A stretch of 63,078 bases of DNA, the filler included, from Collodictyon triciliatum (Eukaryota): NCBI GenBank assembly GCA_043381765.1. It is 7 parts of 7 records of this genome, joined end to end, with 100 filler letters (N's around TTAATTAATTAA, not from the genome) between each part and the next. Parts side by side here need not be neighbours in the genome. Positions count along the whole stretch, not along the records: positions 60,783 to 63,078 come from JBHJMP010002676.1; 6 more parts are not named here. One strand, written 5' to 3'. The number at the start of each line of letters is the position of its first letter. Position 1 is the first letter of the stretch. Positions 61,007 to 63,078 of this stretch are shown here, one piece after another. The notes below the pieces were generated by a model. It saw only the letters and a list, made by a program, of their open reading frames with translations. It was not told the DNA's origin and did not search any database. Position numbers and translations under genes: made by a program.

Positions 61007-62980
61007 ACGGCACTGCCTACAGTCCCGAGTTTATACCAACCGGGACTGTTGCATGTGGCAGGACCAGTGCATTCGCTCATTCCATATATCTCAAAGATTG
61101 GAAGACCCTGCAAAATCATATCTTAATAATAATAATAATAATAATAACACTGCAAAAATTCTAATAAGTCAATCAATTTGCACTTTTCATGAAAACGCTG
61201 GGATATTCTTACTATTGAATTGAAGAATCTCAATGCGGAGCGGTTGATAGGAGCAGCGGCTGTATACAGAGAATGTGCTCGGTCGAGGCCCAATTTTTCC
61301 TTTACCTAATTTATTGCTTGTTACTTATTTTTAATTTTTTTTTAAAAAAATTAATAATAATACCCTTACTTATCGAATCTAGTACCTTGGAAAAGAACAA
61401 TTTATCATAAATCCCGTAATTCCAAGGGTGAGAACGGTTGTTTTGCATTCTGTCACAGTCATTTTCTCCGCACTCAATACTCCATCTCATTATTTTCTTT
61501 TTAACTAAAGCGCCGATAATTTTTAATTGTGATACTGTAAATTTGGCACTGTTGTAATAAAAGCATTTTTACTTTATTCGATTTAAAGGTCGCAATCAAA
61601 CCATAAAATTGAGTCATGAAACAAAATGAAATACCTCCAGATGCCTTGGAGAATGCATCTTTGAGGGTAGCCTCAATTTTTTCCCATACTCTAGGAACAC
61701 CAAGAAAAACGGTGGGTCTTACCTCGCGAAGCAACTAACGTGTTTGAATGATTTATTTTTGATAAAAATCAGCGATGAATAAAATCTCATATAATTATTC
61801 TATATTCGATTGAAATACAATCATAAATGTACTATCGAAGCACGTGGTAATCACATTACTTACATCTGAGAGACCAGCCTTCAATGCCTCTGGTGAAGCA
61901 AACCAGACTGTTCCGCCAATCAGTATGGGACCATAAAGGGACATAACCTGCTCGGCGATGTGACTAAAAAAAAAACATGAATAGATCGGAGAATTTTTTT
62001 TTTTGGTTTGAAATAAAAAAATGTTTGATCCATTAAATACAATACTAATGTTGATAAGATTAAATGATTGACTGAATTATTTTGTTTTGTTTGTTTTTTT
62101 TTTTTTTGTTTTTTTCGGAATAATAGACTAGATAATATGAGAATTGACTTTTTCGGAGACACTAAGACTACAAATAAAGAAAAACATATTAAGACTCCCA
62201 ACTTTGAATCGAATAAAGGGGAAATAAGTTTCAACCCCCATATTTATAATGGTTGATAAAAGAGCTACCTTAAAGGTAAATAGCTGATAACATTTTCGTC
62301 ACTTCCCATTCTGTATAAAGAAAGTATTGCCTTCACAGTCCAAGTTATGTTTTTGTGAGAAATCATGACACCTTTCGGATTTCCAGTAGTTCCTGACGTA
62401 TAAATGAGAGAGCAAACATTATCCACCTCAAGAGTCCGAATTCTTTTTTGGAGCTCTTCGTCAGAAACCTTTTTAAAATTCACTGCATTTATGTAGGAAT
62501 TCAAACGATATTGGTCATAGAAAAATGATATATAAAGCTATTGATTGATTCTGTTTCAAAACTAACTCTCTGTCCTTCTTTTATGAAATTGCTCCAGGTA
62601 ATGGCCCAGTTTTCGGGGTCTGGAGTGTCATTCATAATGACTATCCTCGACACATTTGTGAGCTTAGAACGTATCAGTCTAAACTTTGCCAGCTGTTTTA
62701 AATCCTCCACGAACACAAGCTGCAGAATATATAGAAAAAAAATTGGTTTCCTGAGAAAGAAAAGAATAATAGTCAAGAGTTGATTAAAAAAAAGGTGTTA
62801 ACCTGAGAATCAGAATGCGTTACAATATATTCGCACTGTTCAGGACTATTTGTTGTATAGATCCCTGACACTACTCCGCCCACATGAATTGCACCGAGGG
62901 CTGAGAAAAACCACTCTGGTGAGTTGAAGCTAATTATGGATATTCCCTTTCCCGTTTCTAAACCGCACGCAATAATGGCC
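61007..62980 (-). CDS. ACSBG: Long-chain-fatty-acid-CoA ligase, ACSBG (bubblegum)-like; partial at both ends
   Basis: FNSPEWFFS..GIYTTNSPEQC; LIYTSGTTGNPKGVMISHKN; SYLPLS|HIAEQ; EVRPTVFLGVPRVWEK; EIYGMSECTGP. Confidence 0.92.
62201..62224 (+). mobile_element. Family A core in an ACSBG intron (no clear TSD)
   Basis: ACTTTGAATCGAATAAAGGGGAAA; a further diverged copy on the minus strand at 61572-61589. Confidence 0.65.
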
Positions 62981-63078
62981 TGGACAATATATATTTGCGA
63001 TTTAGTGACTGAAAAGCAAACATAATCGTTATTCATTCCCTTTTTATATCGAATCTTTAAAAAAAAAAAAAAAAAAAA

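Overview
Eukaryotic nuclear DNA from an AT-rich, intron-dense, flagellated microbial eukaryote (it carries IFT22 and a SHIPPO/STPG-repeat gene). It uses the standard code: genes end in TAA, TAG and TGA. The window is not one locus. It is seven contigs (1-10708, 10809-21516, 21617-32323, 32424-43123, 43224-53921, 54022-60682, 60783-63078) joined by artificial N44-TTAATTAATTAA-N44 spacers, plus one scaffold gap (16824-17265). By hand-splicing GT-AG introns I can reconstruct: a DCR2/PAP29-type metallophosphoesterase, a divergent DDB1/SF3B3/CPSF160-family gene hosting an intronic tRNA-Asp, a putatively secreted 21-repeat WD40 + Cys-rich protein split by a +1 frameshift, a DOCK GEF, HP1, the PP2A A subunit, a METTL24/FkbM-type methyltransferase, an SGNH/PC-esterase-like gene, an ankyrin protein, IFT22, calcineurin A, ALDH3, PP2C, an acylated EF-hand + STPG-repeat protein, and an ACSBG-like acyl-CoA ligase. 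There is also a cluster of decayed L1/Tx1-like LINE pieces. The most striking unexplained structure is a set of ultra-short (about 20-75 nt) A-tailed insertions with 15-19 bp target-site duplications in introns of unrelated genes, in at least three sequence families. The commonest family is little more than the quasi-palindrome CTTTGAATCGAATAAAGG plus an A/GAA tail. All exon models are manual predictions without transcript evidence.
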